64,000 bases of DNA from the human T2T-CHM13v2.0 reference genome, Homo sapiens. The stretch is taken from assembly GCF_009914755.1 (NCBI RefSeq), contig NC_060925.1; one strand, written 5' to 3'. Positions 1 to 16,469 of this stretch are shown here, one piece after another. A model generated the notes under the pieces. It did not search any database. It was not told the origin of the DNA and worked only from the letters and a program-made list of their open reading frames with translations. Numbering within the stretch: the first letter of the stretch is position 1; every line of letters begins with the position of its first letter. A program made the translations under genes and the position numbers.

Positions 1-180
1 TCACCTTCACATGTGTCATAAAAGTTTAAGTATGCATTACAAATATAATTTTTACTTTGAAATACACTTACTGAATATCACTCTGATGACATTTTTCCCA
101 AGGAAAATTGCTCCGAATCTTTGCAGTCTTTCTTCAAATAATGGGTCAGCTTGTGTAACTGACCCACAGGAGCTTGTGGT

Positions 181-196
181 GTGCCATCTAGTGACC
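181..196 (-). promoter_or_regulatory. Candidate CTCF motif
   Basis: Reverse complement GGTCACTAGATGGCAC matches the CTCF core CCACTAGATGGCAC with one mismatch. Motif only, no binding data. Confidence 0.35.
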
Positions 197-1441
197 AATG
201 TGGCCAATATATGCACCACACCAAGAATATTTTGTTATTTTAAATATATACATTACAGGTCTATTAATATTTGAAATAAAAGGCATTTAAAAATAATTAT
301 GTGCATATTAATATAACTGATGCATACCACTCAAAAAACAAAGAATTAAAAGAAATGTTGACTGATGTTGACCTATTTATTGCTCAGCATTCATGTAAAG
401 TGTACAAAATTACTAACCATTATGCTAATTTTTGTTGTGATTACCAAGAGTTACTTACCACACACCTCTAGCCTGCAAGATACCACAAAGAATACAAAAA
501 CCAACCAAACAAACAAAAATTGGCATGTTGCTGTCTCTCCAGGCATGGCATGCACACATTTTAAAAATTACCAGAATTCAAGGCAGCTTATGACAAGTGA
601 CAAAGATTTGATGTATACTTCTCTAAACACATGATAAAGGGGTTAGGTGCAAAGCTTCACAAGGATGGAAAAGGCAAACAATGGAAGGAAGACTGTCCTA
701 AAAAAGGAGAAAATAGAAGCAATACTCGTAAAGAAGTAAAATAAAGAGACTTGACGCCATGCTAAGAAATTCAGATTTTATACTGTATCCTGTAAGTGAT
801 GAGGACCCCTGAAGGGCTTTAAGGAAGAGAGTAACTTGATTTTAAAAGCATGTGATCAGGTATGTAACATAGTTAAGTTATAAGCACAAGTCCTCCTTAG
901 AAGAAACAGGAGATGATTAGAATGATTTAATCCTAGAACAGCACAAAAGTTTATACACAGTGCAATATATCTAGAGAATACCTGCAATTTATTATTATAT
1001 GGATAATCAGGAAATAATGTTGATAAACAACTTCATATTTTAAAATTCTTGTAAATATTCATGGAAGCCTATTGCCCTTGCTAGATGAGCAGAATAGGGA
1101 ATGGGCTTGGATAGTTTTTGTATCTGGGATGTGTCTACTCTCTTTTCTTTACATGAACTCTCACAGATACAGTGACAGTTTAAAATGTTTACTGGATCTT
1201 GCTCCTAAAGGAGAAGCTGAAAGGTCCTGCTAAATGATTGAAGAGTTCATGTGGGGTGAGCTTCACACTAGCAACACAACACTGGTTGCTAGATAAACAC
1301 AGGCAGAGGGATCCCACTTCAGTGATTTGCAGCAGTGACGGATGGTAATGGTATTTATAATTTTCCTTCCACCAACTGGCGCACATCAAATGACTTGGCA
1401 AGATGGAGAAAAGGTATTAGATTCGAAAGACAAATAATTAC

Positions 1442-1501
1442 CTGAGACTAGTTTAGGTTCTTCTGGAAGGGTTATTATGAGGCTGCAAACCACCAGAATG
1501 C
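1442..1501 (-). pseudogene. Weak candidate exon (60 nt, phase 1-1, ILVVCSLIITLPEEPKLVS)
   Basis: tcatag|GCATT...CTCAG|gtaatt on the minus strand with one open frame. The acceptor lacks a good polypyrimidine tract. Confidence 0.2.
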
Positions 1502-2169
1502 CTATGACTTTAAATCTTATAATTTATTAAGAAAAGTCAGAAGAAAGTATCATCCTGTAGGTTAGCATTCAGAAGTGAAGGACTGGCCACCTCATAATTT
1601 GTGCTGCCATTCCTTTCCTCAACCAATAACATTGAGTATACTGGAAAACACGCCTAATTTTTTTCTAAAAAGTCTTTTATACTACTAAGGGACTAATTGT
1701 TTTTTTGTTAACCGTACCAGCCTAAACCCAATCATATCTACTCAAAAGATGGTCAAGAGGATTGACAATTCGGAATTCTTAATATAAAATTTTTTCTTTA
1801 TATTTTGTCTGGGCTCATAAAACATTCTTTTAGATTCATATTTTAAGTCTAAATTTAAGCAAGTATTAAGGTTCCATTCTATGTGACCCAATTAGCTCCC
1901 CCTACCCTCTGCAAAAAAACTAGGAAACATTTTTGATTATGACAGAAAAAAGAGGAAGCTAAAGTAGAGAGGGCAGCAAAGGAGATATTTCAATTAATCT
2001 TCTTAAAGGGTCAAAACAATTACATATATATATATATATATGTATCAAGCAGATAAGCTTCTCACCAATACACATCCAGATGTGTTTTCTGCTCTCCAGC
2101 CACCTTTCAGTCCCTTCAATGTGCCCTCTTCCATTGAGCCTCAGTGCCTTTGCACTTGCTGTGCCCCTT

Positions 2170-2373
2170 GCTGAAATGCTCCAAAATCGAAAACTTTTCA
2201 AGTACCAGCATGACACTCAAAGGAAATGCTCAGTGGAGCATTTCAGACTTTGCATTTTTGGATTTGGGATGCTTAACTAGTAAGTATAAGGCAAACATCT
2301 CCAAACTTGAAAAACATCTAAAATTCAAAATACTTCTTGTTCCAAGAATTTCATATAAAGAGTATTCAGCCTG
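2170..2373. mobile_element. Tigger4a/MER46-like DNA transposon remnant
   Basis: Typical internal sequence (ctcaaaggaaatgctcagtggagcatttcaga) and terminus ...tattcagcctg followed by TA. Confidence 0.75.
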
Positions 2374-3118
2374 TATGTGTGTACGTAAATATTCAACCCC
2401 ACACACACACACACGCACACACACACTTCTTTAACAGAATTTGAAGCTTGCTTATGTTTCCATAATGTATTTATGAAAATGGCAGGGGAGATCAGAACCA
2501 TCCAATGATAGGGAATTAACATCCTTTTTCATAGGCTTGGCATCTTCAGATTAGGAAAAAATAAAAAATAAACTACTGCATTCAAAAGGAATTTGTTTTC
2601 TCCCTACATCTAATGTTGGCAATGAAGCAGTCCTGTTCTGTTACAAACTTTGTCATGAAAGCATGAAATAATGAATGATAGATGAACTATGTGAGTCATT
2701 TGACCATTACATCAAAATTACTTGTGAAGCTTGTGCAAATAAATATGTAAACAAATAAACATCGACTATGCCCTTAGGAAGAAATATACCTTTCCATGCT
2801 TTAACATTCCAAGATAATCCCGACACTATGCTATGCCATAATCAAAAAGTTTCTAAATTCTATATTTTTAGTAAATAGTTTGACATATATGCAGTGAGAT
2901 GTTCCCAATCCTACCACTAGTTTAAAAGGAAAATAATAGGTAAGCTTGAGTGAACATCTAATCATGGCCATTGTAACAAAGCCATCTGATTAATTTCTAC
3001 TAGTCTTCACATAAACTTCCAAAGTTATGTCATCACCCCTTAGCCAATCAACCTCAACCCCTTGTAAAGTTTGCAACTTTCCATCAACTTTGCAGAGATA
3101 TAAAGCACATTAACAATA

Positions 3119-3120
<2 letters not shown>

Positions 3121-3170
<50 letters not shown>
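3121..3170. repeat. (GT)25 microsatellite occupying the tail position of the adjacent Alu
   Basis: Perfect GT run directly abutting the Alu 3' end. Confidence 0.95.
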
Positions 3171-3172
<2 letters not shown>

Positions 3173-3437
3173 AGGGTCTTGCTCTGTCATTCAGCCTGAG
3201 GTGCAGTGGTTCTATCTTGGTTCACCTCCCAGTTTCAAGTAATTCTCGTGCTTCAGCCTCCCAAGCAGCTGGGATTACAGAAGTGCACCACCACACCTGG
3301 CTAATTTTTGTATTTTTTGTAGAGGCAGGGCTTCACCATGTTGGACAGGCTGGTCTCAAACTCCTGGCCTCAAGTGATCTGCCCGCCTTGGCTTCCCAAA
3401 ATGCTGGGATTAAGGGCATGAGCCACCATGCTTCTCC
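3171..3437 (-). mobile_element. AluJ-type SINE (internal deletion)
   Basis: Antisense Alu sequence. TSD aacaatatc at 3112-3120 and 3438-3446. Confidence 0.9.
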
Positions 3438-4245
3438 AACAATATCTTCATCAGGAGTAACATCAGAAAGATCATCGAGTAAGAAGTCCTAGCCCTTGTT
3501 CCTCTACCAAAACACTGATATAATGACAATATTCAGATGAGAGCACCTATGTGAGAAATACAGAATCCAGTTAATAAATTTAAGCATTCCAGATGAGCAA
3601 AAAGCTGAGGAAAAAAAATGTGCCAATACAGGTAAGAAGAGCAAATTTACTTTGTGCACATCAAGCCCTCCTCCAAGTTAGCAAGCTCAAATCCAAGAAG
3701 CTTGGTATGACCCATGACTTCTCCCATAGAGGGGAAAGAGAGATGCCTCCTGGCTTTTTGGTGCACTCCTGAAGGGGCCTATCTCCGTTTTGCCTCATAC
3801 TGTGCACTAAAAGATCAATGAAACCTGAGTGCCTCAGACAGCAAGGAGCAAAGGAGAAGGAACATTCTTCTACACCTGTCACTGCTCTGCTAGACTAGAA
3901 AAAGGCACAGAACCAAGGTGTTTTTTTTTTTTTTTCCAGGAAGGAAGAAGAGAAACAAAGTGTGCCTTATTCCCACTGTTTCAATGTATTTCCCCATGGA
4001 GTCAGTCTCTCTCTCACCTCATACCAAGCACTGAAGTTGCCAGCAGAGTATGGACACCTGGAACAGATAGGGGAAACAGGAAAAGGGGCAGCCATCCTTC
4101 TACAACTAACACTGCTCTGAGAGACTGGTAAAAGGCACAAATTCTTCAAATGCACAGACACCAATACAATAATTCAAGGAATGTGAAGAATCAAAAAAAC
4201 ATGACACAATAAAGGAATAAAATAAATCTTCAGTAACCATCCTGA

Positions 4246-6149
<1,904 letters not shown>

Positions 6150-6928
6150 GAATGCAATGATATGAAACTAGAAATCAATAAATGGAGGAAACTGTAAAAC
6201 TAAAAAAATGTGGAAATTAAACTACACACTGTTAAACAACCAATGGGTCAAAGAATAAATAAAAAGGGAAATAAAAATTATTTGTACATAAATGAAGAAA
6301 AAACATCATACCAAAGCTAATGAATGGCATGCAGCAAAAGTAATACTAAGAAGAAAAATTATAGCAATAAATGCCTACATTAAGAAAGAAAATAGATCTA
6401 AAATAAACAACATAATTTTATACCTCAAGAAACAAGAACTAAGCCCAATGTTAGCAAAAGAAAGGAAATAAAGATATCATCAGAAATAAATAAAATGGAC
6501 TAGAAAAACAATAGAAAAGATAAAAACTCAGTTGCCTTCTTGAAAAATAAACAAATTTGACAGACATTTAGCCTAAGGAAAAAAAGAAAAGAAGCAACAA
6601 GATAAAATTAGCTATGGAAAATGAGACATTACAACTAATGCTGTAGAAATGTAAAGAATCACAAAAGAATATGATGAATATGTATATATAAACCAAAAAA
6701 TTGAGTAACCGAGACAGATGAGATAAATTCCTAGAAATGCACATCCTACAAAGACTAAATTATGAGAACTAAAAAATATAAACAAAGAATAAGGAGATTG
6801 AACTGGGAATTTTTTGAAAAATTCAATGAACAAAGCTCAGGACCATATGGCATCACTGGTGAATCTTGCCAATAATTTGAAGAGTTTATGCTAATCTTTT
6901 TCAAGCTTTTTTAAAAAGAATTGAAGAG

Positions 6929-7337
<409 letters not shown>

Positions 7338-7720
7338 CTACAAGAAAAGAAAATTACAAGCCAATACCCTTAATGAACATAAATGCAATAATTATCAACA
7401 AAATATTAGCAAACCAAATTTAACAGCACATTAAAGGATCATATGCCATGACCAAGTGGGATTTATCTCTGGGAAGTGAGGATGGCTTAACATATATGAA
7501 GCAAGAAATGTAATACATCACATTTACAGAATGTAGAACAAAAACTGTATATCATCATCTCAATAGATGCAGAAAAAGCATTAGACAAAATTCAATACCA
7601 TTTCATGATAAAAATTCTCAACAAATTGGTATAGAAAGAAAGTACCTCAACATAATACCACCCACATATGACAAACCTACAGTTAATATCACACTCAGCA
7701 GTGAAAAGTTGAAAGCTTTT

Positions 7721-8074
7721 TATATTAGTCGGTTTTCACACTGCTGATGGAGACATACCCGAGACTGGGAAGAAAAAGTAATATAATTGGACTTACAGTT
7801 CCATATGGCTGGGGTGGCCTCGGAATCATGGCAGGAGGGAAAAAGCACTTCTTACACGGTGGTGGCAAGAGAAAATGGGGGAGAAGAAAAGCAGAAACCC
7901 CTGATAAACCCATCAGATCTTGTGAGACTTATTCACTATTACGAGAATAGCACTGGAAAAACCAACCCCATGATTAAATCACCCCCCACTCGGGGTTCCT
8001 CCAACAACATGTGGGAATTCTGGGAGATACAATTCAAGTTGAGATTTGGGGAGGAACACAGCCAAACCATATCA
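7721..8074 (-). mobile_element. THE1 (THE1C-like) MaLR solo LTR
   Basis: Ends ...cacagccaaaccatatca (reverse complement TGATATGGTTTGGCTGTG). About 350 bp with THE1 internal motifs. Confidence 0.9.
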
Positions 8075-8295
8075 TCTTCCTTCTAAGATCAGAAATAAGA
8101 CAAGGATGCACATTCTCGCCACTTCTAGTTAACATAGTACTGGAAGTTCCAACCAGAACAATTTGCAAGAGAAAGAAAGAAACTGGAAAAAAAGAAGTGA
8201 AAACGTTTCTGTTTGCATATAACATGACCTTAGATATAGAAAACTCTAAAGACTCCACCAACAAAAATAAAACCTGTTAGAACTAATAAATGAAC

Positions 8296-10797
8296 TCAGC
8301 TTCAGAAGTTTTGGGGCTGAGACAATGGGGTTTTCTAAATATACAATCATGTCATCTACAAACAGAGACAATTTGACTTTCTCACTTCCTATTTGAATAC
8401 CCTTTATTTCTTTCTCTTGACTGATTGCCCTGGCCAGAACTTCCAATACCATGTTGAATAGGAGTGGTGAGAGAGGGCATCCTTGTCTTGTGCCGGTTTT
8501 CAAAGGGAATGCTTCCAGCTTTTGCCCATTCAGTATGATATTGGCTATGGGTTTGTCATAAATAACTCTTATTATTTTGAGATATATTCATTCTACATCT
8601 AGTTAATTGATAGTTTTTAGCGTGAAGGGATGTTGAATTTTTATCGAAGGGCTTTTCTGCATCTATTGAGATAATCGTGTGCTTTTTGTCATTGGTTCTG
8701 TTCTTGTGATGGATTACGTTTATTGATTTGCATATGTTGAGCTAGCCTTGCATCCCAGAGATGAAGCCAACTTGATCATGGTGGATAAGCTTTTTAATGT
8801 GCTGCTGGATTCAGTTTGCAAGTATTTTATTGAGGATTTTCACATCAAAGTTCATCAGAGATATTGGCCTGAAATTTTTTTTCTTGTTGTGTCTTTGCCA
8901 GATTTTGGAATACAAAGTCTCAGGATACAAAATCAATGTGCAAAAATCACAAGCATTCCTATACACCAATAATAGACATGCAGAGAGCCAAATCCTGAGT
9001 GAACTCCCATTCACAATTGCTACAAAGAAAATAAAACACCTAGGGATACAACTTACAAGGGATGTGAAGGACCTCTTCAAGGAGAACTACAAACCACTGC
9101 TCAAGGAAATAAGAGAGGACACAAACAAATGGAAAAAAAAAATCCATGCTCATGGATAGGAAGAATCAATATCATGAAAATGGCCATATTGCCCAAAGTA
9201 ATGTACAGATTCAGTGCTATTCCCATCAAGCTACCATTGACTTTCTTCACAGAACTAGAAAGAAACTACTTTAAATTTCATATGGAACCCAAAAAGAGCT
9301 CATATATCCAAGACAACCCTAAGCAAAAAGAACAAAGCTGGAGGCATCATGCTACCTGACTTCAAACTATAATACAAACCTACAGTAACCAAAACTGCAT
9401 GGTACTGGTTCCAAAACAGATATATAGACCAATGGAACAGAACAGAGGCCTCAGAAATAACACTACACATCTACAACCATCTGATCTTTGACAAACCTAA
9501 CAAAAACAAGCAATGGGGAAAGGATTTCCTGTTTAATATCTGGTGCTGGAATAACTAGCTAGCCATATGTAGAAAATTGAAACTGGACCCCTTCCTTACA
9601 CCTCATACAAAAATTAACTTAAGATGGATTAAAGACTTAAACATAAGACCTAAAACCATAAAAACCCTAGAAGAAAACCTAGGCAATACCATTCAGGACA
9701 TAGGCATGGGCAAAGACTTCATGACTAAAACACCAAAAGCAATTGCTACAAAAGCCAAACGTGACAAATGGGATCTAATTAAACTAAAGAGCTTCTGCAG
9801 AACAAAAGAAACTAGCATCAGAGTGAACAGGAAACTTGCAGAATGGGAGAAAATTTTTGCAATCTATCCATCTGCCAATGGGCTAATATCCACAATCTAC
9901 AAGGAACTTAAACAAATTACAAGAAAAAAACAAAGAACCCCATCAAAAAGTGAGTGAAGAATATGAACAGACACTTCTCAAAAGAAGACATTTATGTGGC
10001 CAAAACACGTCTGAAAAGAAGCTCATCATCACTGATCATTAGAGAAATGCAAATCAAAACCACAAGGAGATACCATCTCATGCCAGTTAGAATGGCGATC
10101 ATTAAAAAGTCAGGAAACAACAGATGCTGGTGAAGGTGTGGGGAAATGGGAATGCTTTTACACTGTTGGTGGGAGTGTAAATTAGTTCAATCATTGTGGA
10201 AGACAATATGGGAATTCCTCAAAGATATAGAACCAGAAATACCATTTGACCCAGCAATCCCATTACTGTGTACATGCCCAAAGGATCAAAAATCATTCTA
10301 CTATAAAGACACATGCACATGCATGTTTATTGCAGCACTATTTACAATAGCAAAGATGTGGAACCAACCCAAATGTCCATCAATGATAGACTGGATAAAG
10401 AAAATGTGGCACATATACACCATGGAATACCGTGCAGCCATAAAAAAGCATGAGTTCATATTCTTTGCAGGGACATAGATGAAGCTGGAAACCATCAGCC
10501 TTAACAAACTAACACAGGAACAGAAAACCAAACACTGCATGTTCTCATAAGTGGGAGGAGAACAATGAGAACACATGGACACAAGGAGGAGAACATCACA
10601 CACTGGGGCCTGTCAGGGTGTGTGGGGAAAGGGGAGGGAGAGCATTAGGACAAATATCTAATGCATGCAAGGCTTAAAACCTAGATGACGGGTTGATAGG
10701 TGCAGCAAACCACCATGGCACACGTATACCTATGTAACAAACCTGCACATTCTGCACCCGTATCCCAGAACTGAAAGTAAAATAAAAATTTAAAAAA
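8296..10797 (+). mobile_element. L1PA8/PA10-like LINE with 5' inversion (8296-8911 antisense, 8913-10797 sense)
   Basis: Minus-strand ORF 8246-8503 contains the RT motif [10 protein letters not shown]...LFVDD. Sense ORF2 fragments follow, then a PA8-type 3' UTR. Confidence 0.92.
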
Positions 10798-12551
10798 GTT
10801 GAAATAAATAAATTCAGTAAAGTTGCATGATACAAAATCAACACACAAAAATTAGTAGCTTTTCTGTACACTAACAATAATCTATCTGAAAAGGAAATCA
10901 AGGAAACTTTTTATTTATGACAGCATCAAATTAAGTGATTATTCCTAAGCACTGAAATACTTAGGAATAAGTTTAACCAAATAAGTGAAAACTGTACACT
11001 GAAAAATATTAAACATTGATGAAATAACTTGAAGAAGACACAAATAAATGGAAAGATATTCTGTGTTCATGGTTTAAAAAATTAACATTATTAAAGTGTT
11101 CATAATACCCAAAGTAATCTACAAATTTAATGCAATTCCTACAAAAACCCCCATGATATTTTTCACAGAAATTTATTTAAATCCTGAAGTTTTTATGGAA
11201 CCACAGAAAAACCCAAATAGCCAAAGCAGTCTTGAACAAAATGAACAAAGCCAGAGGCATCACACTACCTGATTTAAAAATCCACTACAAAACTATAGTA
11301 ATCAAAACAGTATGGTACCAACATAAAAACAGATACATAGACCAATGGAACAAAATAGAAAGCCCAGACATAAATCACACATAGATGGTCAACTTATCTT
11401 TGATAACAGTGTCAAGAACACACAATGAAGAAAACATAGTTTCTTCATCAAATGGTGTTGGGAAAAATGGATATACACATGCAAAAAAAAAAGTGAAATG
11501 GGACCCCATTACATCATACACAAAAATCAACTCAAAATGTATTAAATTCCTAAAAATAAGACCTGAAACTATAAAACTACTACTAGAAAAAAGAAACAGA
11601 GGAAAACCTCCATGACAGTGGTCTGAATAATGATTTTTTGTGTATGACCCCAAAGCATGAACAAAAAAAAAGCAAAAATAGACAAAAATCAAATTACCTC
11701 AAACTAAAAACCTTCAACAGAGAAAACAAAATTATCAACAGAGTGAATAGAACCTACGGAATGGGAAAAAATATTTGCAAACCATACATCTGATAAGGGT
11801 TTAATATCCAAAGGAATCTCTTACAGCTACATAGCAAAAAGAAACAAATAAACCAATTAAAATACAGGCAAAGGACTTGGACAGACATATCTCCATGGAA
11901 GATGTACAAATACCTACCGTGTGTATGAAAGGATGCTCAACATTGATAATCATCAGGAAAATGCAGATAAAAACCACAGTGAAATACTATCTCATACTGT
12001 TAAAATGGCTATAATGGGGAAAAAAACAGATACTTTCTTTAAGGATGTGGAGAAATTGGAGCCCTTATATACTGCTGGTGGGAAAGTAGAATGGTGCAAC
12101 CGCTATGAAAAATAGTGTGAAGATTCCTCAAAAAATTAAAGAAAGAACTATATAATCCAGCCATCTCACTTCTGGGTATATATCCAAAACAAGTAAATCA
12201 GAATCTCAAAGAGATATCTGCATCTCCATGTTCACAGCAGCATTATCACAATAGTCCAGATAAGAAAATAATCCAAACATCCATCAGTAGATAAATGGAT
12301 AAAAATTATGTTGTATATACATATAATAGAATATTATTCTACCTTTAAGAAGAGGAAAACCTACCATTTGTGACAACATGAATGAACCTAGAGGACACTA
12401 TGCTGAGTGAAATAAGTAATCACAAAAGACACATATTGCATAATTCCATTTATATGAAGTAGGTAAAGTAGTCAAATTCCTAGGAGAGAGAATAGAATGG
12501 TGGTTGGCAAGGGTTGGGGAAGAAGGAATTGGAGAATTTTTGCTCAAAAGG

Positions 12552-12906
12552 TGCTATGGTCTGCATATTTATGTCTCAAAAACATCTTATATCAAAATAC
12601 CCTCAAGGTAATGGTATTAGGAGGTGGGACCTTTGGGAGATGATGAGGTCTTGGAAGTGGAAACCTGGTAAATGAGATTAGTGCCCTTGTAGAAGAGGCC
12701 TAAGAGAGACTCCTCTCCCCTTTTCCCAGGCGAAGTTAGAGTGAGAAGATGGTTTTCTGTGAGAAAGTGGACCCTCACCAGACACCAAATCTGCCGGCAC
12801 ATTGATCTTGGACTTCCTAGCCTCCAGAACTGTGAGAAATAAACTCTTGTTTGTAAGCAACCCAGTATATGGTATATTGTTACATCAGCCAAACCAAACT
12901 GAGACA
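12552..12906 (+). mobile_element. MLT1A-type MaLR solo LTR
   Basis: tgctatggtctg...ggtattaggaggtgggacctttggga...aataaa...actgagaca. Confidence 0.85.
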
Positions 12907-12999
12907 ATGGCTATAGAGTTTCTGTTATGCAAGACAAATAAATATTAGATGTCTGTTGTACAACGTAGGACTTATAGTTAACAATATAATATTGTGCAT

Positions 13000-13102
13000 T
13001 TAGATGACTGGTTGAGAGGGGCAGCAAACCACCATGGCACATGCATACCTATGCAAGAAACCTGAATATTCAGCACATGTAGCCCAGAACTTAAAGTAAA
13101 AT
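13000..13102 (+). mobile_element. Very short L1PA 3'-end insertion
   Basis: gcagcaaaccaccatggcacatgcatacctatg...agaacttaaagtaaaa. Confidence 0.8.
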
Positions 13103-13294
13103 TAGATATATATACATTTATATTTATATATGGTATATATATTTATATTTATATATAGTCTATATTTATATATTATATATTATATATTTATATATTATAT
13201 TTATATTTATATATTTTATATATTTATATTTATATTTATATATTTTATATATATTTATATTTATATATTTTATATATATATAGAGAGAGAGAGA
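13103..13294. repeat. TA-rich low-complexity tract plus (GA)n
   Basis: Directly visible. Occupies the tail position of the short L1. Confidence 0.9.
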
Positions 13295-13626
13295 GGATAA
13301 ATCTCATGGTAAGTGTTCTTAAAACACATGCACAAAAAAAGCCCACAAAGAACATAGGGAAATTTTTAAAGGTGGTAAATTTGTTTCATATCTTGATTGT
13401 GGTGATGCTATTACAGTTGTATCCACATATACAAACCCCACAAAATGGAGGCATTGAATATGTGCTAATTTTGTATATAAATTATACCTCAATAAAGCTT
13501 TTAAAAACCCAAAAATAAAATAGAAAGGATGAAAGAGTGTAGAAGAAACAGACGCACTCAGAAATGCTGGTGACCTGATAGGGAGAGAAAGATGGAAATA
13601 AAGACCCTTCAAGAAATGTTGGTTCA

Positions 13627-13892
13627 GGCCAGGAGTGGTGGCTAACACCTGTAACTCAGCACTTTGGGAGGCAGAGGTGGGTGGATCACCTGAGGTCATG
13701 ACTTCAAGACCAGGCTGGCCAACATGGCGAAACCCTGTTTTTTCTAAAAATACAAAAATTAGCCGGGAGTGGTGGTGCCAAACAGAGGCACAGAGAATCG
13801 CTTGAACCCAGGAGGCGGAGGTTGCAGTGAGCCTAGATCCCAACACTGCACTCAAGCCTGGGCAACAGAGTAAGACTGTCTCAAAAAAAAAA
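13627..13892 (+). mobile_element. AluS (Sx-like) with internal deletion
   Basis: Alu dimer missing about 25 bp of the right arm start, with polyA. Confidence 0.9.
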
Positions 13893-14073
13893 TTGGTTTA
13901 TTTAAAATATGATTTATTATGTATCTTAAAGGCATTTTGCGGTCTCTATTTGTTTTTGTTAAATTAACATTTCTCGGGCTATGTCTGATCAGGGATATTG
14001 TGTAGACCTGATGCTATTACTAAAAAGACAACAAATAATAGATATTGGTGAGGATGTGGAGAGAGGGAAACTC

Positions 14074-14378
<305 letters not shown>

Positions 14379-14644
14379 GAGAGAAGGGAACTCTTATACA
14401 CTGTTGGTGGGAATGTAAATTATGGAAACTATGGAAAAAAGTATGAAGATTTCTCAAAAAACTAGAAATAGAGCTACCATTTGATCCAGCAATCTCACTG
14501 CTATGTATTTACCCAAAATAAAAGAAATCAATTTATCAAAAAGATACCTATTTTTATATGTATATTGCAGCACTATTCACAATAACAAAGATAGGGAATC
14601 AACCTAAGTGCCCATCAACGAATGAACGGATAAAGAAAATGTGG

Positions 14645-14985
14645 TATATATATGTATATACACACAATATATATGCAATCCACAAAGTATTTTATAGCTA
14701 AAATATTACTAAATACTAGTATATTTATATTATTTTATATATAGTATGTAATATATAACTATAATATTAAATAAATTTATATATAATACATAATATATAA
14801 CTATAATATTAAATATAATTTAATATTATACTTATAATATTAAATTATATTAAATATATTTAATTATATTAAATATAGTATATAACTCTATAATATTAAA
14901 TATAATATACCATATATAATTTATACTATATGTAATATATATTATATATATAGTATTACTAGTATAAAATACTACTAGTACTAAA
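14645..14985. repeat. Long TA-rich low-complexity expansion inside an L1 3' region
   Basis: About 340 bp, overwhelmingly A/T. Confidence 0.9.
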
Positions 14986-16469
14986 AGCCATAAAAAAGTG
15001 AAATCACGTCCTTTGTAGCAACATGGACAGAATTGGAGGTCATTATCTTGAGTGAAACAAGCCAGGCACAGAAAAATAAATATCACGTTCTGTCTTATAA
15101 ATGAATGTGAAAAAGGAAGTATCCACATGGACATAGAGAGTGGAGTGATAGACAATGAAGACTCAGAATGGCGAGGTGGTGGGAGAGGGGAGAATGAGGA
15201 GAAATTGGAAAATGAGTACAATGTACATTGCTTGGGTGATGAATATCCTAAAAGCCCTAACTTGACCAACACAGTATATGCATGTAACAAAATTGCAAAT
15301 GCGCTCCATATATTTGTACAAATAGAAAGGAAAAAAAATTAATACAGTGACATCTGAAAGCCTAACAGAGTTTATGGCATGAGATATGTGTTCAATAAAT
15401 ATTTCTCAAAGTAATGAATTTTTAAAAAAAATCCTTGTTAGAGAAACTCTGCCAAATGCATATATTTCTCAAAATTTGGCCAATTAATTTTAGAAAAAGA
15501 AGATCAGAAGGAAAGGTCGTGCATTATTTAACCTTCTTGAGCCTCTTTTCCTTATTTGCAGGGTTGCAAATAAAAGATAAGCAACATGATACGCTTATTT
15601 ATTGGCACAAAGCATCCACTTAGTAATTGCCCATTAAAATCATAATTGTTACATTTGGTGGTCAAAATCTGTGTTTTGGCTCCCAAATGTTGGTGTAATG
15701 CTTGATTATTAATGAAGTTTGCACTATAATGAAACTGTTAAAGATCAAGTTTGATATTGGAATGTCACAAAGGAGACTAGAAAATTTCACTGTGTTATAG
15801 AACTTGAAGTTCTGTCCTTCAGCCCCTCATTGACAAATTCAACATTTTAATTTGATTCTAGACTTTCCTGTCAATATGGATTGCTGTATTTGGAGTTTAC
15901 TTCATTCAAATATCATCTTAAAATTTCATGTAAAGTTGAACATTGAGAGATCATTGCTAGGATTTGCAAACTGTAACAAAAATAACTTATCTCACTCTAC
16001 AAAATGCATACAAACTAGAATAGTCATGATCAGGCATCTTTCAAGAACAGAAACCATAGACCCTCCAGGTTTCTAAATCAAATTTCAGCTTTGGCACACT
16101 GGACAAGAAGTGCATACATGACTTAATTTGTAAAAATAATTTTGTTTTTTTGTATTTTGCATTTCAGGCTTTGGTAACATTCCAATATTACTCATTTGGA
16201 AAAAATGAAGTTTATATCACAACTTAAGCATGGTGCTAATGCAAATTTATACCAACACCAGAACTATATAAAGATCTTTTCATAATTGAACATGTACACA
16301 TACATACTCCTGTTTGGTGAAATCTTTGGGAAAAGTTTATGGGAGGTGCCAAATCTATTTTCTCAAGAATCCAGTAACTATAGCTGGAATGAAGGGATTT
16401 AAAGGATGTATACATCCAAAAGAAAGAAAGCATGGAAAGGAGGGAGTAGTGATAAACTTTCAATTAAAA

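Noticed and set aside
13319-13855. 178-aa ORF and similar LECSG/QAGL-type ORFs
   Set aside because: These are antisense Alu translations.
13935-14010. Possible small RNA remnant
   Set aside because: No match to U snRNA, tRNA, Y or 7SK sequences that I know, and no complete C/D box pair.
14850-15290. 146-aa ORF
   Set aside because: It is antisense L1 3' UTR plus TA low complexity.
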